This document shows, one piece after another, positions 1 through 14,443 of a stretch of 64,000 nt of DNA (its first letter is position 1; each line of letters begins with the position of its first letter). Origin of the DNA: Burkholderiales bacterium (GTDB lineage Bacteria; Pseudomonadota; Gammaproteobacteria; Burkholderiales; CAIKXV01); assembly GCA_038205245.1 (NCBI GenBank), contig JBBRCD010000002.1:113-64112 (forward strand), in the 5' to 3' direction. Both the position numbers and the translations under genes were made by a program. A model generated the notes under the pieces. The model worked only from the letters and a program-made list of their open reading frames with translations, was not told the DNA's origin and did not search any database.

Positions 1-1
1 C

Positions 2-694
2 GTTGCGGCAGAAGATCGCATCGAACGGCCCCCTGACCGGGTACTGCGCATCGAGCAGGTTCACCGGACTGAAGCGCACGAGTGCAGCAAGTTCCGGCCG
101 CACCCGCACCATCCCGTCGTTGGCACCCGATCCGCGCAGAAAGAACCGGCGTAGCCGCTCCGCGGACAGCTTCTCGATCCGCTCCAGGGTGTAGACGCCC
201 GCCTCAGCCTTCGCCAGTACCGAAGTATCGACATCGCTTGCGATGATCCGCACCTTCGGGGTGGTCGATCCGGACGCTTCGATCGCGGTCATCGCCATCG
301 AGTAAGGCTCTTCACCGGTCGACGCCGCAGAACACCAGAGCGAGACCTCTCGCTTGTGCTGCAGACTGCGGATCAGCTTCGCGAGCTCGACAAAGTGATG
401 GGCCTCACGGAAGAAAGACGTGAGGTTGGTGGTCAGCGCGTTGGTGAACGCCTCCCACTCATCGCCGCGATCACCCTCGAGCAGCTGCAGGTATTCGCTG
501 AAGCGGGTCAGACCGTTGGCGCGCAGGCGTCGCGCCAGCCGGCTGTACACCATCTCCATCTTGCCCGGATTGAGCTGAATGCCAGCCCTATCGTAGATCA
601 GCTTCCTGATCTTCTCGAAGTCGTCACGATGGAATTCGAACTCCTTGCCGCCAGTGCGGGCGCTGGGGACGGTCGTGCGCTTGGCGCTCAGCAT
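2..694 (-). CDS. cheR: Chemotaxis protein methyltransferase CheR (3' end runs off the window start)
   Basis: Absent from the ORF track because it has no in-window stop. Hand translation from ATG (cat at 692-694) gives MLSAKRTTVPSARTGGKEFEFHRDDFEKIRKLIYDRAGIQL...FFREAHHFVEL...VSLWCSAASTGEEPYSMAM...IIASDVDTSVLAKAEAGVY...FDAIFCRN, the CheR helical N-domain plus SAM-methyltransferase signature. Lies directly downstream of cheW. Confidence 0.85.
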   Translation of the reverse strand, partial: MLSAKRTTVPSARTGGKEFEFHRDDFEKIRKLIYDRAGIQLNPGKMEMVYSRLARRLRANGLTRFSEYLQLLEGDRGDEWEAFTNALTTNLTSFFREAHHFVELAKLIRSLQHKREVSLWCSAASTGEEPYSMAMTAIEASGSTTPKVRIIASDVDTSVLAKAEAGVYTLERIEKLSAERLRRFFLRGSGANDGMVRVRPELAALVRFSPVNLLDAQYPVRGPFDAIFCRN

Positions 695-741
695 GGCATC
701 GGCTCGGTCGGGCGGTCAGGGCGTTGGCAACGGTCGCCCAC

Positions 742-1275
742 TTAATGCACTGCTGCAGAGTCATCGACCAGCGCCATCTCGTTGCTGGTCATCAGCCGTT
801 CGATATCGACCAGGATCAGCATCCGCTCCCCGGCGGTGCCCAGGCCGATGATGTATTCGGTGTCGAGTGCGGCGCCAAACTCCGGTGCCGCGCGCACCTG
901 ACTTGCCTCCAGGTTGATCACGTCCGACACCCCGTCGACCACGACGCCGACCACCCGGTCGGCAACGTTGAGAATGATCACCACAGTGAACTGATCGTAG
1001 TTGACCGCGCCCAGATTGAACTTGATCCGCAGGTCGACGATCGGCACGATCACACCGCGCAGGTTGATCACGCCCTTGATGAACGGCGGCGCGTTGGCGA
1101 TCGCGGTGACTGCGTCGTAGCCACGGATCTCCTGCACCTTCAGGATGTCCACACCGTACTCTTCGGCGCCGAGCTTGAAGGTAAGGAACTCCTGCTGATC
1201 GCGAGCAAGGAGCGACTGGCCTGGGGACCCGGCTGCTGGCCTCGGGGTATTCATGTTCTCGATCGATTCACTCAT
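742..1275 (-). CDS. cheW: Chemotaxis coupling protein CheW
   Basis: ORF 742..1371 trimmed to ATG at 1275. GGGAGA lies upstream, and this start avoids overlap with the MCP stop at 1301. [24 protein letters not shown]...[17 protein letters not shown] is the CheW signature. Confidence 0.9.
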   Translation of the reverse strand: MSESIENMNTPRPAAGSPGQSLLARDQQEFLTFKLGAEEYGVDILKVQEIRGYDAVTAIANAPPFIKGVINLRGVIVPIVDLRIKFNLGAVNYDQFTVVIILNVADRVVGVVVDGVSDVINLEASQVRAAPEFGAALDTEYIIGLGTAGERMLILVDIERLMTSNEMALVDDSAAVH

Positions 1276-1300
1276 TGGCGTGTCTCCCTGGTCTGGACTT

Positions 1301-3349
1301 TCAGAATTCTTCCCACGCGTCGTTTGCGTTCGCCGCACGCGCTGGACGGGCTGCACCGCTCGATGGTGCATCCGAGAGTTTCGGCCGTGTCGCTGCCGGC
1401 AGGTTCGGCCGTGTCGCTTGTGTACCCTTCGGCACTGGCCGGGCCGGGGCCGCCGCTATGCGGGCCACATTGGTCGCCCGGTTGGGCCCCCGCCGCTCGG
1501 CGCCAGCGTGGCCGACGGTCGAGTCCAGCTTGAACACCGCCACCGTCTGGGTCAGCACCTCGGCCTGCTCCTGCAGCGACTCGGCGGCAGCCGCGGCCTG
1601 TTCGACCAGCGCTGCGTTCTGCTGGGTCACCTCGTCCATCTGGGTGATCGCTGTATTCACCTGTTCGATTCCCGAACTCTGTTCCATCGACGCGGCCGAG
1701 ATCTCCGACATGATGTCGGTCACCCGCTTGACCGAGACCACCACTTCCTGGATCGTCGCGCCCGCTTCGTTCACCAGATTCGAGCCGGCATCGACACGGT
1801 TGACCGAGTCGCCGATCAGCGTCTTGATCTCCTTCGCTGCAGCGGCCGAGCGCTGTGCCAGATTGCGCACTTCGGTGGCCACGACCGCGAAGCCGCGACC
1901 CTGTTCGCCCGCGCGGGCCGCTTCCACTGCCGCGTTCAGGGCAAGGATGTTGGTCTGGAACGCAATGCCGTCGATGACGCTGATGATGTCGGCAATCTTC
2001 TTCGACGCATCGCTGATCGACTCCATGGTGCGCACCACTTCCCCGACCACGGTGCCGCCGCGCACCGCCACCTCTGAAGCACCGATCGCCAACTGGTTCG
2101 CCTGCCGGGCGTTCTCGCTGTTCTGCTTCACTGTGGAGGTCAGTTCTTCCATGCTGGAGGCCGTTTCCTCCAGGCTGGACGCCTGCTCCTCGGTGCGCTG
2201 CGACAGGTCGGTGTTGCCCTGGGCAATTTCCCTGGCGGCCGTATTGATCGACTCGGTCGATTCCTTGATCTGGGTGACGATGCCGGTCAGGCTCGATTTC
2301 ACCGCATCCATCGCCTCGGTGATCTTCGCCTTCTTGCCCGGCAGGCGATCCATGTTCGCTGTGAGATCGCCTTTGGCATAGCTGGACACGATCTCGACGA
2401 TGCGCATCTTCACCGCAATATGGGTGGCGACCAGTACGTTGAGCGAGTTCGCCACCTCGGCGAAGGTCCCGGGGAACTGCTCCACCGCGATCTTCTCGTC
2501 GACCCAGCCCGCCTCATGCTGCTTCGCCATCTCGGCTTGCGCGCTGACCAGCGCGTCCAGGACCTGCGTCATCTTCTGCATGGCCGTCAGCAAGTCGGCG
2601 GCCTCGTCGCGCCCAGTCACCTCGATCCGGGTGGTCAGATCCCCGCGGGCAATCGCCTCGGCCGCAGCCGCCGCCTTGCGGATCGGGGTGATGATCGACC
2701 GGGTGATCAACCAGGCCGCTGCGATGCCGAGGAACAACGCCAGGGCAACCATCACGGCGAGATTGAAATTCGCACTGGACCGGCTTGCCGCCGACTCCGC
2801 CACTTCCTTGTCGGCCGACTCGATATTGAGCTTGATGACGTTGCCCAAGGCCTCGGTGGTCGCGGTGAACGCAGCCAGCACGTCGCCCTGCAGAACCTTC
2901 TCTGCGTCTACCCGGCTTTTCTCTCCCGCGGCAACCAGCGGCGCGAGCTGTTTGTCATGCACGGCGAGATACTGGGCGAGCGCGTTCTGATAGGTGGCAA
3001 ACAGCCCTTCCTCGGGCGTTCCCTTGAGCAGAATCGATTTCTCGTAGTCCGCGTTCTGTTTTACCAGCGCCTCCCTCGCGGCTGCCATCTGCCGGATTGC
3101 GGTCTGCCGGGTCGCATCCAGAGACGCATAGGCATAGTTCAGTTCCCCGCGGCGATGTTGATTCAACTGCAGCCGCAGATCTGCCATCGCCTTGACGGCA
3201 GGAACGATATGTCCCCCGATCGACTCGATGTGCGCCCCAAGCGTGGACACCTTCCAGAACGCGACCCCGGCCAGCAGCACAGTGAGGGCAAGCAGGAGTC
3301 CGAATCCGGCAGCCAGCCGAGGACCGATCTTGATCGATTGCAGGTTCAT
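1301..3349 (-). CDS. Methyl-accepting chemotaxis protein (periplasmic helical sensor, HAMP, signalling domain, C-terminal WEEF tether)
   Basis: ORF 1301..3439 trimmed to ATG 3349 (AGGAGG upstream), which is followed by a TM helix ([22 protein letters not shown]). A second TM helix and HAMP follow. Highly conserved hairpin tip [37 protein letters not shown]. Ends ...NDAWEEF. Confidence 0.9.
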   Translation of the reverse strand: MNLQSIKIGPRLAAGFGLLLALTVLLAGVAFWKVSTLGAHIESIGGHIVPAVKAMADLRLQLNQHRRGELNYAYASLDATRQTAIRQMAAAREALVKQNADYEKSILLKGTPEEGLFATYQNALAQYLAVHDKQLAPLVAAGEKSRVDAEKVLQGDVLAAFTATTEALGNVIKLNIESADKEVAESAASRSSANFNLAVMVALALFLGIAAAWLITRSIITPIRKAAAAAEAIARGDLTTRIEVTGRDEAADLLTAMQKMTQVLDALVSAQAEMAKQHEAGWVDEKIAVEQFPGTFAEVANSLNVLVATHIAVKMRIVEIVSSYAKGDLTANMDRLPGKKAKITEAMDAVKSSLTGIVTQIKESTESINTAAREIAQGNTDLSQRTEEQASSLEETASSMEELTSTVKQNSENARQANQLAIGASEVAVRGGTVVGEVVRTMESISDASKKIADIISVIDGIAFQTNILALNAAVEAARAGEQGRGFAVVATEVRNLAQRSAAAAKEIKTLIGDSVNRVDAGSNLVNEAGATIQEVVVSVKRVTDIMSEISAASMEQSSGIEQVNTAITQMDEVTQQNAALVEQAAAAAESLQEQAEVLTQTVAVFKLDSTVGHAGAERRGPNRATNVARIAAAPARPVPKGTQATRPNLPAATRPKLSDAPSSGAARPARAANANDAWEEF

Positions 3350-3410
3350 GTCAGTTCCTCCTGGTGATGCCTGATGGAAGGCGTGCCGCAGGTGCGGCAG
3401 CCGAAAGGCT

Positions 3411-5429
3411 CTAGAACTCTTCCCATTCATCGCTGCCATTGGCTACGCGTGCGGGCTTGCGGTCGGATTTGGTCTCGGGATCCGAAGCCTTCGCCGCAGG
3501 GGCTGGCAGAGGCTTCCGACCGCCGGCAGCGGACTTGCCCGCAGGCGCGATGCGCGCCACATTGGTCGCCCGATTCGGGCCGCGACGCTCGCCTGCCGCC
3601 GCACCTGCCCCATCCAGCCTGAACACCGACACCGCCTGTGCCAGTGATTGCGCCTGCTCCTCCAGGGATTCGGCGGCCGCGGCAGCCTCCTCCACCAATG
3701 CGGCGTTCTGCTGGGTCACCTCGTCCATCTGGGTCACCGCAGTGTTCACCTGTTCGATACCGGAGCTTTGTTCCATCGAGGCCGCTGAGATCTCGGCCAT
3801 GATGTCGGTCACCCGCTTCACCGCCTGCACCACCTCCTGCATCGTCTGCCCCGCCTCGCCGACCAGCTTCGATCCAGCATCGACGCGTTCAACCGAGTCA
3901 CCGATCAGGGACTTGATCTCCTTGGCGGCTGCCGCGGAGCGCTGGGCCAGACTGCGCACCTCGGTCGCCACCACTGCGAAGCCACGACCCTGCTCGCCGG
4001 CGCGTGCCGCTTCCACCGCGGCGTTGAGCGCCAGGATGTTGGTCTGGAAGGCGATGCCATCGATCACGCTGATGATGTCGGCGATCTTCTTCGAGGCGTC
4101 ACTGATCGACTGCATGGTGCTCACCACCTCACCGACCACCTCGCCGCCGCGCACCGCGACCGTCGACGCCCCGATCGCGAGCTGGTTCGCCTGCCTGGCG
4201 TTCTCGCTGTTCTGCTTCACCGTCGAGGTCAGCTCCTCCATGCTGGACGCCGTCTCTTCCAGGCTGGAGGCCTGCTCTTCGGTACGCTGCGACAGGTCGG
4301 TGTTGCCCTGGGCGATCTCTCTCGCGGCGGTATTGATCGAGTCGGTGGAGTCCTTGATCTGGGTGACGATACTGGTCAACTGAACGACCGTCTGGTTCGA
4401 GTCCTCCTTGAGTTGGGCGAACACCCCCTGATACTCATCGGTGATTCGCTCGGTGAGATCGCCGCGCGAAAGCGCCCCCAGCACCCGGGTCACGTCGGTG
4501 ATGCCCTTGGAGGTCACTTCCATCAGTGCGTTGGCCGAGTGGCCCATCTCGCCGAACACGCCTTCCTTCCCCTTTAAATCCATGCGCTGGCTGAAGTCGC
4601 CGGCAGCGGCTGCCGCCGACAGAGAGCGCTGCGCCTCGGAGAACTCGCGCAGCACGCCGTTCATCCTGTCCATCGATGCGAGCAGTTGTGCCGCCTCATC
4701 GCGTCCTTCGACCTCGATACGTACCGAGGTGTCCCCACGCGAGACCGACTCGGCCACGGCGACCGCGCGTGCCATCGGACGCACGATCGAGCGGGTGATC
4801 AGCCAGCCGAGCAGGATCGCCAGCACCACCGATACACTGGCCAGCACGATCAGCATCGTCTGTGCGCGGCTGTAGGCCTCGCGTGCGAGCGCCTGGTCGC
4901 GAGTGTTGAACTCGCGCTGCTGGGTGACCAGCTTGTCCAGAACACCGCCAATCTCACGGCGAAGCGGCCGCATCTCGCCAAGCGCGATCTCGGTGGCATC
5001 GGGGATCCGGGACTGCTGAACCGCTGCCCAGAGCCGAGTCGCTGCCTCGGCATACCGTTTCCCAGCCTGTTCAATGGTCGCCACGTTGGCGCGCCCCTGC
5101 TCGCTCACCAGCAGCGGCTTGATTCCGGTCAATGACTCATCGAACAGCTTGGTGAAGCGCTCGTAACGCTCTGCGGCGTCCTTGTTGTCGGCCGGTGTAG
5201 CCTTGACCAGCGGCACCCGGGACTGGATCGTCTGCTCGTTCAGGGCCAACCTCAGGTCCGCCAACAGGTCGAGCTTGCGCACGTTCTTGTTGACGATCTC
5301 GTCGATGCTGGCCTGGATCACCGCCATCTTCTGCAGTGAGACCCCAGCCATCGTGATCAGCAGCGCCAGGACGATCGCGAAGGCTGCAGCAAGGCGTACG
5401 GAGATGCTGTATTGAGAGAGAATCTTCAT
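3411..5429 (-). CDS. Methyl-accepting chemotaxis protein, tandem paralog (extra HAMP-like segment, C-terminal WEEF tether)
   Basis: ORF 3411..6107 trimmed to ATG 5429 ([29 protein letters not shown] = TM1). The upstream 226 codons are Arg/Gly/His-rich and overlap cheA. The signalling domain is nearly identical to the neighbouring MCP. Ends ...GSDEWEEF. Confidence 0.9.
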   Translation of the reverse strand: MKILSQYSISVRLAAAFAIVLALLITMAGVSLQKMAVIQASIDEIVNKNVRKLDLLADLRLALNEQTIQSRVPLVKATPADNKDAAERYERFTKLFDESLTGIKPLLVSEQGRANVATIEQAGKRYAEAATRLWAAVQQSRIPDATEIALGEMRPLRREIGGVLDKLVTQQREFNTRDQALAREAYSRAQTMLIVLASVSVVLAILLGWLITRSIVRPMARAVAVAESVSRGDTSVRIEVEGRDEAAQLLASMDRMNGVLREFSEAQRSLSAAAAAGDFSQRMDLKGKEGVFGEMGHSANALMEVTSKGITDVTRVLGALSRGDLTERITDEYQGVFAQLKEDSNQTVVQLTSIVTQIKDSTDSINTAAREIAQGNTDLSQRTEEQASSLEETASSMEELTSTVKQNSENARQANQLAIGASTVAVRGGEVVGEVVSTMQSISDASKKIADIISVIDGIAFQTNILALNAAVEAARAGEQGRGFAVVATEVRSLAQRSAAAAKEIKSLIGDSVERVDAGSKLVGEAGQTMQEVVQAVKRVTDIMAEISAASMEQSSGIEQVNTAVTQMDEVTQQNAALVEEAAAAAESLEEQAQSLAQAVSVFRLDGAGAAAGERRGPNRATNVARIAPAGKSAAGGRKPLPAPAAKASDPETKSDRKPARVANGSDEWEEF

Positions 5430-5471
5430 GATGGGTATTGTTCCGGTAGTTGTCTTGATTGCGTTGCGGGG

Positions 5472-5506
5472 CAAGGGACAAGGGACAAGCGACGGGAGTC
5501 GGGTCA
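5472..5506. repeat. Heptamer tandem repeat, about 5 units (caaggga caaggga caagcga cgggagt cgggtca) at the cheA stop / MCP start junction
   Basis: Read directly from the sequence. 7-nt period, with two perfect copies followed by degenerate ones. Confidence 0.6.
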
Positions 5507-7795
5507 GGCTGCGACCGGCAGTTCGGCTCCGGCGCGCACCACGCCGGGCACATCGACGATCAGCGCGACATGACCATCGCCCATGATCGTGGCGCCGGAT
5601 ATGCCTCGCACCCGGCGGTAATTGGTCTCCAGGCTCTTGATCACCACCTGGTGCTGGCCGAGCAGTTCGTCCACACAGAGCGCGGCCTTCTGGCCGGCGC
5701 TCTCGACGATCACCATCACCGGCTCGCCCTCGCGCTCTGCGGCATCGACATTGAACACCCGCCGCAGTTCGATCACGTTGAGATACTCGCCGCGTACCGA
5801 CACCGTGCGCGCCCGCCCGCCGATGGTGCGCAGCTGGCCAGGCTTCGGTTGCAGCGATTCGATGATCGAGTTCAACGGCACGATCAGCGTGCTGTCGCCG
5901 ACCCGGACCGACAGCCCGTCCAGGATTGCCATGGTGAGCGGCAGCCGGATGGTCATCCGGGTGCCATGACCCGCGAGCGAATCGATCGACACCGAGCCGT
6001 TCATCTCGGCGATATTGCGCATCACCACATCCATGCCCACGCCGCGGCCGGATACGTCGGTGACCGCTGCCGCAGTGGAGAACCCGGGCTCGAAGATGAT
6101 CTGCCATACCTCGGCATCGGTCATCGTGTCCGACACCGCCAGACCGCGCTCGCGCGCCTTGGCAAGGATGCGTTCCCGATCCAGGCCCGCACCATCGTCG
6201 GCGACCTCGATCAGGATGCTTCCGCCCTGATGCATCGCACGCAGGGTGATGGTGCCGGTTTCCGGTTTGCCGGCAGCGCGCCGGACCGCCGGCGACTCGA
6301 TACCGTGATCGAGGCTGTTGCGCACCAGATGGGTCAGGGGATCGGCGATCTTCTCGATCAGACCCTTGTCAAGCTCCGCGCTCTCACCCTCGGTCTTGAG
6401 GTCGACCTGCTTGCCCAGCTTGGAGGCCAGGTCACGCACCACACGCGGGAACCGGCTGAACACGAAGCTGATCGGCAGCATGCGGATCGACATCACCGCC
6501 TCCTGCAGGTCGCGGGTGTTACGCTCGAGCAGACCGACGCCGGCGAGCAGCCGTTCATGCTGGACCGGATCCAGATGGGTGGCCGACTGCATCAGCATCG
6601 ACTGAGTGATCACCAGTTCGCTCACCAGGTTCATCAGGGTGTCGACCTTCTCGACACCGACCCGGATCGAGGCCGCATCGCCGCTGACGACCACCTGCTT
6701 GTCGGTGACCCGCCGGCCGGCGCGCACCGGCGCATCGCCAGCGTGATCCAGGGCGCGGCGCCCGGGCGACTGGGCGAAGGGCTCGCTGGCAGGCGCGGTC
6801 GGGTCGGTCGCAGTCGCGGTCGCCGCCGACGGCGCGCCAGGCGCATCATCGAAGAAGCCGAACCCCTGCTCCTGCGCAGCGGGCGCCGAATCCGTCGCCT
6901 CCGGCGACACCACATCGGTGAAGAAACCGTAGCCGACCTCGTCCTCGACCTCGACCTCGTCCTCGGCCACGGCCACGGTATCGGTTGCCACCGGTTTCGG
7001 TGTGTCCAGCAGTACCGAGGACATCTCCAGCTGGCTGGCCGGCACGACGAATTCGAACAGATCGCGCAGCGAACCTTCATCATTGCCGGTGACCAGCACC
7101 AGCCGCCAGGTCAGCGGCCCGGACCGCGACATGCGCGGCTTGCGCACCGGCGGACTGGCGACGATCTCCAGCGTGCCGATCTCGCGCAGCTCGTCGAACA
7201 ACCGCTCCAGCGCGGGCTGATCGACGCCCGAGGCATCGATCGACAGATCGAAGCGCCGCCGGGCAGCCGATGAATCGCCCGCACTTGCAGCCAAGACAGT
7301 GGCTGGCGTGGGCGGGGCGGCGCTCGAGGCTGCGCTCCGCTCGCCCGCCCGCATCGATGCCGGTGCGGCATCCGGCGACGTCACCGCGGACTCAATGTCC
7401 TCGTCCATGCCCAGCCGATCCAGCCACTGCATCACCTCGGATGCCGCTTGCGGATCGTCCAGGGTAGAAGCCTCGCCACGGCGCAGAGCCAGCAGGTCGG
7501 CGAGCACGTCCTTGGCGCGCAGAAAGGCGTCGATCATCTCCGGGCGCAACGCGAGTTCGCCCTTGCGCAGCCGGTCGAGAAGCGTTTCCAGCGAGTGGGT
7601 GGTTTCTGCGATCTCCGAGAAGCCGAAGGTGCCGGCGCCACCCTTGATCGAATGCGCTGCCCGGAAGATCGCGTTCAGTTCCTCCGGGTCCGGTGCCTGG
7701 GGATCGACCCCGAGCAGCAGGCTTTCCATGCTTGCCAGATGTTCCGCGCACTCGTCGAAGAACACCTGGAAGAACTGGCTCATGTCGATAGTCAT
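5504..7795 (-). CDS. cheA: Chemotaxis histidine kinase CheA
   Basis: 763 aa. Hpt domain with [16 protein letters not shown], a long Ala/Ser/Pro linker, an HATPase region ([14 protein letters not shown]...DDGAGLD...GRGVGMDVV) and a C-terminal CheW-like domain. Confidence 0.95.
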   Translation of the reverse strand: MTIDMSQFFQVFFDECAEHLASMESLLLGVDPQAPDPEELNAIFRAAHSIKGGAGTFGFSEIAETTHSLETLLDRLRKGELALRPEMIDAFLRAKDVLADLLALRRGEASTLDDPQAASEVMQWLDRLGMDEDIESAVTSPDAAPASMRAGERSAASSAAPPTPATVLAASAGDSSAARRRFDLSIDASGVDQPALERLFDELREIGTLEIVASPPVRKPRMSRSGPLTWRLVLVTGNDEGSLRDLFEFVVPASQLEMSSVLLDTPKPVATDTVAVAEDEVEVEDEVGYGFFTDVVSPEATDSAPAAQEQGFGFFDDAPGAPSAATATATDPTAPASEPFAQSPGRRALDHAGDAPVRAGRRVTDKQVVVSGDAASIRVGVEKVDTLMNLVSELVITQSMLMQSATHLDPVQHERLLAGVGLLERNTRDLQEAVMSIRMLPISFVFSRFPRVVRDLASKLGKQVDLKTEGESAELDKGLIEKIADPLTHLVRNSLDHGIESPAVRRAAGKPETGTITLRAMHQGGSILIEVADDGAGLDRERILAKARERGLAVSDTMTDAEVWQIIFEPGFSTAAAVTDVSGRGVGMDVVMRNIAEMNGSVSIDSLAGHGTRMTIRLPLTMAILDGLSVRVGDSTLIVPLNSIIESLQPKPGQLRTIGGRARTVSVRGEYLNVIELRRVFNVDAAEREGEPVMVIVESAGQKAALCVDELLGQHQVVIKSLETNYRRVRGISGATIMGDGHVALIVDVPGVVRAGAELPVAA

Positions 7796-7836
7796 CTTGG
7801 CTCAACCTTTCGCATGGGGAACGGGTCCAGACCCGC

Positions 7837-8202
7837 TCACCCGATGACCTTCTTCACGACTTCCAGCAGCTTGGTCGGATCGAACGGCTTGACCAGCCAG
7901 CCGGTGGCCCCGGCCGCCTTGCCCTGCGCCTTCATCTGATCGCTGGACTCGGTGGTCAGCATCAGAATGGGCGTGCTCCGGTGCTGGGACAGCGAACGCA
8001 GCTCCTTGACCAGGGTGAGGCCATCCATCCTTGGCATGTTCTGGTCGGTCAGCACCAGATTCACCGGTCTGGACTTGGCCTTGTCCAGCCCGTCCTGCCC
8101 GTCCACGGCTTCGACCACGTCGTAGCCGGCGCTCTTCAGGGTGAAGGCGACCATCTGCCGTATCGACGCTGAATCGTCCACTGCCAGAATCGTCTTTGCC
8201 AT
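7837..8202 (-). CDS. cheY: Chemotaxis response regulator CheY (single receiver domain)
   Basis: ORF 7837..8256 trimmed to ATG 8202 (MAKTILAVDDSASIRQMV...LVLTDQNMPRMDGL...LTTES...GWLVKPF). Sits immediately upstream of cheA. Confidence 0.9.
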   Translation of the reverse strand: MAKTILAVDDSASIRQMVAFTLKSAGYDVVEAVDGQDGLDKAKSRPVNLVLTDQNMPRMDGLTLVKELRSLSQHRSTPILMLTTESSDQMKAQGKAAGATGWLVKPFDPTKLLEVVKKVIG

Positions 8203-8280
8203 AAGGGTTCCTGCTTTCTGTATCGCGTACCAAGGTCTGATGAAGCAGCAAGTCAATCAGAGGAGTTTCCCGCCGACCGC

Positions 8281-9480
8281 TCAGAACAGGTCGATATCGC
8301 CGCCAGCCAGCTGCTTCTGGGCCACTGGATTGCGGCGCTCGAGTGCCCCGGCCCGGGCGACCAGCTCGGCGATCACCCGATCGACTGGCGGGCGTCCCGC
8401 GTCCCCGGACAGTTCGCGTTCGATCGCGCCGAACACCTCCTCGATCGCCTGGATCCGGCCGCGACAGTTGGCCAGCAGCTGAGTGGTGATGTCCTGGAAC
8501 TGGAGCGCGGTGATCGCCTCGCTTACCTGCCCCTCCATGTCGCGACTCAAGATCGCGTTGCGCTCGACCGCCTGCGCCATCTCCGCGTTGATTTCGGTGA
8601 CCTGGGCCATCATCTGGTCGGCTTCATGCTTGGCATGCAAGGCAAAGGTCATGTCCTGCGAGGCCATCGAATGAATTGCCTGCTCGGCCTCATGGAGCGA
8701 AACGCAGACCTGGCCGATCTCACCGCGAATCTGCTCGCTGAAGTGGTGGGTGCGTCCGGACAGCTTGCGCACTTCGTCTGCCACCACCGCGAAGCCACGG
8801 CCAGCCTCGCCGGCGCGGGCCGCCTCGATCGCCGCGTTCAGTGCCAGCAGGTTGGTCTGCTTGGAAATGCCCTCCACCTCGGACAGGATGGCCAGGGCGC
8901 GCTTGATCTGTGTGTCGACGGTTTCCATCTGCCCCACCAGAGTCATGCCGATACGGCTGTTGTTGACGATGTTCTCGACCAGCGACTGCATTGCCTTCGA
9001 GGAATGCGCGATGAACTGTTCGAAGGTGACCCGCTTGTTCGCGCCGGCGCGATCGCCCGAGGTCAGCGCGCTGGTGAGGTTCTGCTGGCTCCGGGTGACC
9101 TCATGCATCTGGCGGAAGCTGTCGCCAAGGCGCATCACCGCCTCGTTGAGCAGCCCATCAGCGCGCCCGAGGTCATTGCCCACCGCCTGCATGCCGCCGA
9201 CGATGCCGGCGCGATTGGCCAGCAATGCTGTCGACAGGGCTGCAGTCGGCGTCTGCCCATCGTCTTCGTCCGGCTGCGGCTCGTCACTGTGGGCGGTCAG
9301 GGCCCGCACCATGAACGCCGCCAGCCCGATGCTGGCCAGCACCGCCACGGTCAGACCGAACTCGATCCACCGTGCGTGGGCGAAAGTCCATATCAAGGCA
9401 ACCAGGGAACAAGCGGCAGCCAGGGAAAGCGAAAGCAGCACGGCCGAGCGGGCTCGCGGGACAGGGGTGGGGTAGTGCAT
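8281..9480 (-). CDS. Methyl-accepting chemotaxis protein-like transducer with two adjacent TM helices and no periplasmic domain
   Basis: 399 aa. Two hydrophobic helices lie within residues 13-60, separated by only a few residues. Signalling core [35 protein letters not shown], followed by [10 protein letters not shown]. No recognisable HAMP and no C-terminal xWxxF. Confidence 0.8.
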   Translation of the reverse strand: MHYPTPVPRARSAVLLSLSLAAACSLVALIWTFAHARWIEFGLTVAVLASIGLAAFMVRALTAHSDEPQPDEDDGQTPTAALSTALLANRAGIVGGMQAVGNDLGRADGLLNEAVMRLGDSFRQMHEVTRSQQNLTSALTSGDRAGANKRVTFEQFIAHSSKAMQSLVENIVNNSRIGMTLVGQMETVDTQIKRALAILSEVEGISKQTNLLALNAAIEAARAGEAGRGFAVVADEVRKLSGRTHHFSEQIRGEIGQVCVSLHEAEQAIHSMASQDMTFALHAKHEADQMMAQVTEINAEMAQAVERNAILSRDMEGQVSEAITALQFQDITTQLLANCRGRIQAIEEVFGAIERELSGDAGRPPVDRVIAELVARAGALERRNPVAQKQLAGGDIDLF

Positions 9481-9640
9481 CGAGCCTCCGTTTCTACTCG
9501 TGCATTAGCGGCGCGCCCGCGTCCCACTTGAGCAAGCTTCACGACAGGCAATGCCTGCAGGCCGGTGCATTGCTGATCCCGCACACCGCTACGCCGCCTA
9601 TCCACGGCCGGCGCCCCGGCTCGTACCCGTCAGGCTGGTG

Positions 9641-9979
9641 TCAGCGGGCGCTGCTGGGCGGCGTGATCACGCCCCGTCCAGGAGGGTGCTGGCGGGCAGG
9701 CGCCGGCACCGCCCCGAGCACCTGGATGAATACCTCATCCTGCCGGATCATCCCCAGCTCGGCGCGGGCCCGTTCCTCGATCGCGTCATAGCCGGTCTTC
9801 AGGTCACGCACTTCGGCCTCCAGCGCCTCGTTGCGAGCCGCCAGTCGGGTGTTCACTTCGCGCTGGGCGAGCACCTGGCGATCGACCTCCCACACCCGCA
9901 GCCAGCTGCCCTTGCCCACCCACAGGGGCACCTGCAGCAGCGCTATCAGCGCAGCCAGCGCGAGGCTGAGCAGCCTCAT
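9641..9979 (-). CDS. ftsB: Cell division protein FtsB
   Basis: 112 aa. N-terminal TM helix ([14 protein letters not shown]), a coiled coil ([38 protein letters not shown]), and the conserved position downstream of eno. Confidence 0.85.
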   Translation of the reverse strand: MRLLSLALAALIALLQVPLWVGKGSWLRVWEVDRQVLAQREVNTRLAARNEALEAEVRDLKTGYDAIEERARAELGMIRQDEVFIQVLGAVPAPARQHPPGRGVITPPSSAR

Positions 9980-9980
9980 C

Positions 9981-10004
9981 CTGACTCTGACCCTGCCCCT
10001 GCGC
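9981..10004. repeat. Hexamer repeat x4 (ctgact ctgacc ctgccc ctgcgc) in the eno-ftsB spacer
   Basis: Read directly. Begins 2 nt upstream of the ftsB start codon. Confidence 0.55.
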
Positions 10005-10033
10005 TACCAGAAATGATCACCGCGGCGCCCGGC

Positions 10034-11338
<1,305 letters not shown>

Positions 11339-11468
11339 TCAGGATTCGGTTGTCCGGCGGCGCGCTCCGGGGCGGGACGGCTGTGCGCCGGGCGATCCAG
11401 CCGCACGCCCAACGAACGAACACACGCGCCGCCGACCCGGCCGGCGCACGAAGTCTACAACCCGCTCA

Positions 11469-12310
11469 TTACCGCGGCACACGGCTTTCGGCAAGGGGCC
11501 GGGACTTGACCAGACTGTCCAGCGCGACCAGGGTCTCGAGCAGTTCAGGCAGCAATTGGAGCGGCCAGGCGTTCGGGCCGTCCGACAGCGCCTGCTCCGG
11601 TCGCGGATGGGTCTCCATGAACAGCCCCGCCACGCCTGCGCCCACCGCGGCGCGTGCCAGCACCGGCACGAACTCGCGCTGGCCCCCGCTCGCATTGCCG
11701 CGGCCGCCGGGCAACTGCACAGAGTGGGTGGCATCGAACACCACCGGACAGCCGGTGTCGCGCATGATCGCCAGCGAACGCATGTCCGAGACCAGATTCT
11801 GGTAACCGAACGAAAAGCCCCGCTCGCAGACCAGGATGTTGTCCGCGCCGCTCGCCTTGCGTGCCTTGTCGACCACGTTGCCCATCTCCTGGGGCGACAG
11901 GAACTGCCCCTTCTTGATGTTCACTGGCCGGCCCGCACTGGCCACGGCCTCGATGAAGTCGGTCTGCCGGCACAGGAATGCCGGCGTCTGCAGGATGTCC
12001 ACTGCCGCGGCCGCCTCTGCCACGTCCTCGATGGCATGCACGTCGGTGAGTACCGACAGGCCGAACTTGCCGCGCACGCTGGACAGGATCTCCAGGCCCT
12101 TGTCCATGCCCAGCCCGCGAAAGGAAGCGCCGGAACTGCGATTGGCCTTGTCGTAGGAGGCCTTGAAGATCAGCCTGATCCCCACCGCTGAAGCGATCTC
12201 TTTAAGCCGGCCCGCAACCTCGTCGACCAGGTCGCGTGACTCGACCACACAGGGGCCGGCAATCAGGAACAGCGGCCGCTCCAGCCCGACCTCGAACCCG
12301 CAGAGGTTCA

Positions 12311-12311
<1 letters not shown>
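11469..12311 (-). CDS. kdsA: 3-deoxy-8-phosphooctulonate synthase (KDO8P synthase)
   Basis: 280 aa. [15 protein letters not shown]...[10 protein letters not shown]...[14 protein letters not shown]. Its start shares 1 nt with the pyrG stop (TGATG). Confidence 0.95.
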
Positions 12312-14197
<1,886 letters not shown>

Positions 14198-14349
14198 CTA
14201 CATATCGGCTTTTTTGGTCAACCGCCCGGGCTGACAGCGACCTCGCCTGGATGTGTCAAACTGCTGCGCCAGGAGGCATTCGAACAGGTAACGTGGCCAT
14301 TGTAAGCCTTGGGCTGGCTCGGTCGACTGTACGCGGCGCTGCGATGGGC

Positions 14350-14409
14350 ATTGCGCGCTGCAGTGCGCGCTGCACTGCGCGCCAGAATGCGCCGACCAGC
14401 GCCAGCGCC
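14350..14409. repeat. 12-nt periodic degenerate repeat x5 (attgcgcgctgc agtgcgcgctgc actgcgcgccag aatgcgccgacc agcgccagcgcc) in the pyrG/pckG divergent spacer
   Basis: Read directly. Lies 35-95 nt upstream of the pckG ATG. Confidence 0.65.
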
Positions 14410-14443
14410 ATGCAGGATGCGAAAAAACCGGAGGAGAGGGTTC

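Noticed and set aside
5430-6107. Upstream 226 codons of the 898-aa ORF 3411..6107, which would make a giant MCP
   Set aside because: The extension is Arg/Gly/His-rich with no domain signal and lies entirely antisense to or overlapping the 3' part of cheA. The ATG at 5429 is followed immediately by the expected TM1. This is a typical GC-rich read-through ORF.
5459-7273. 604-aa plus-strand ORF
   Set aside because: It is antisense to cheA, which has unmistakable Hpt/HATPase/CheW-like motifs. The composition is Arg/His/Gly/Asp-rich with no motifs.
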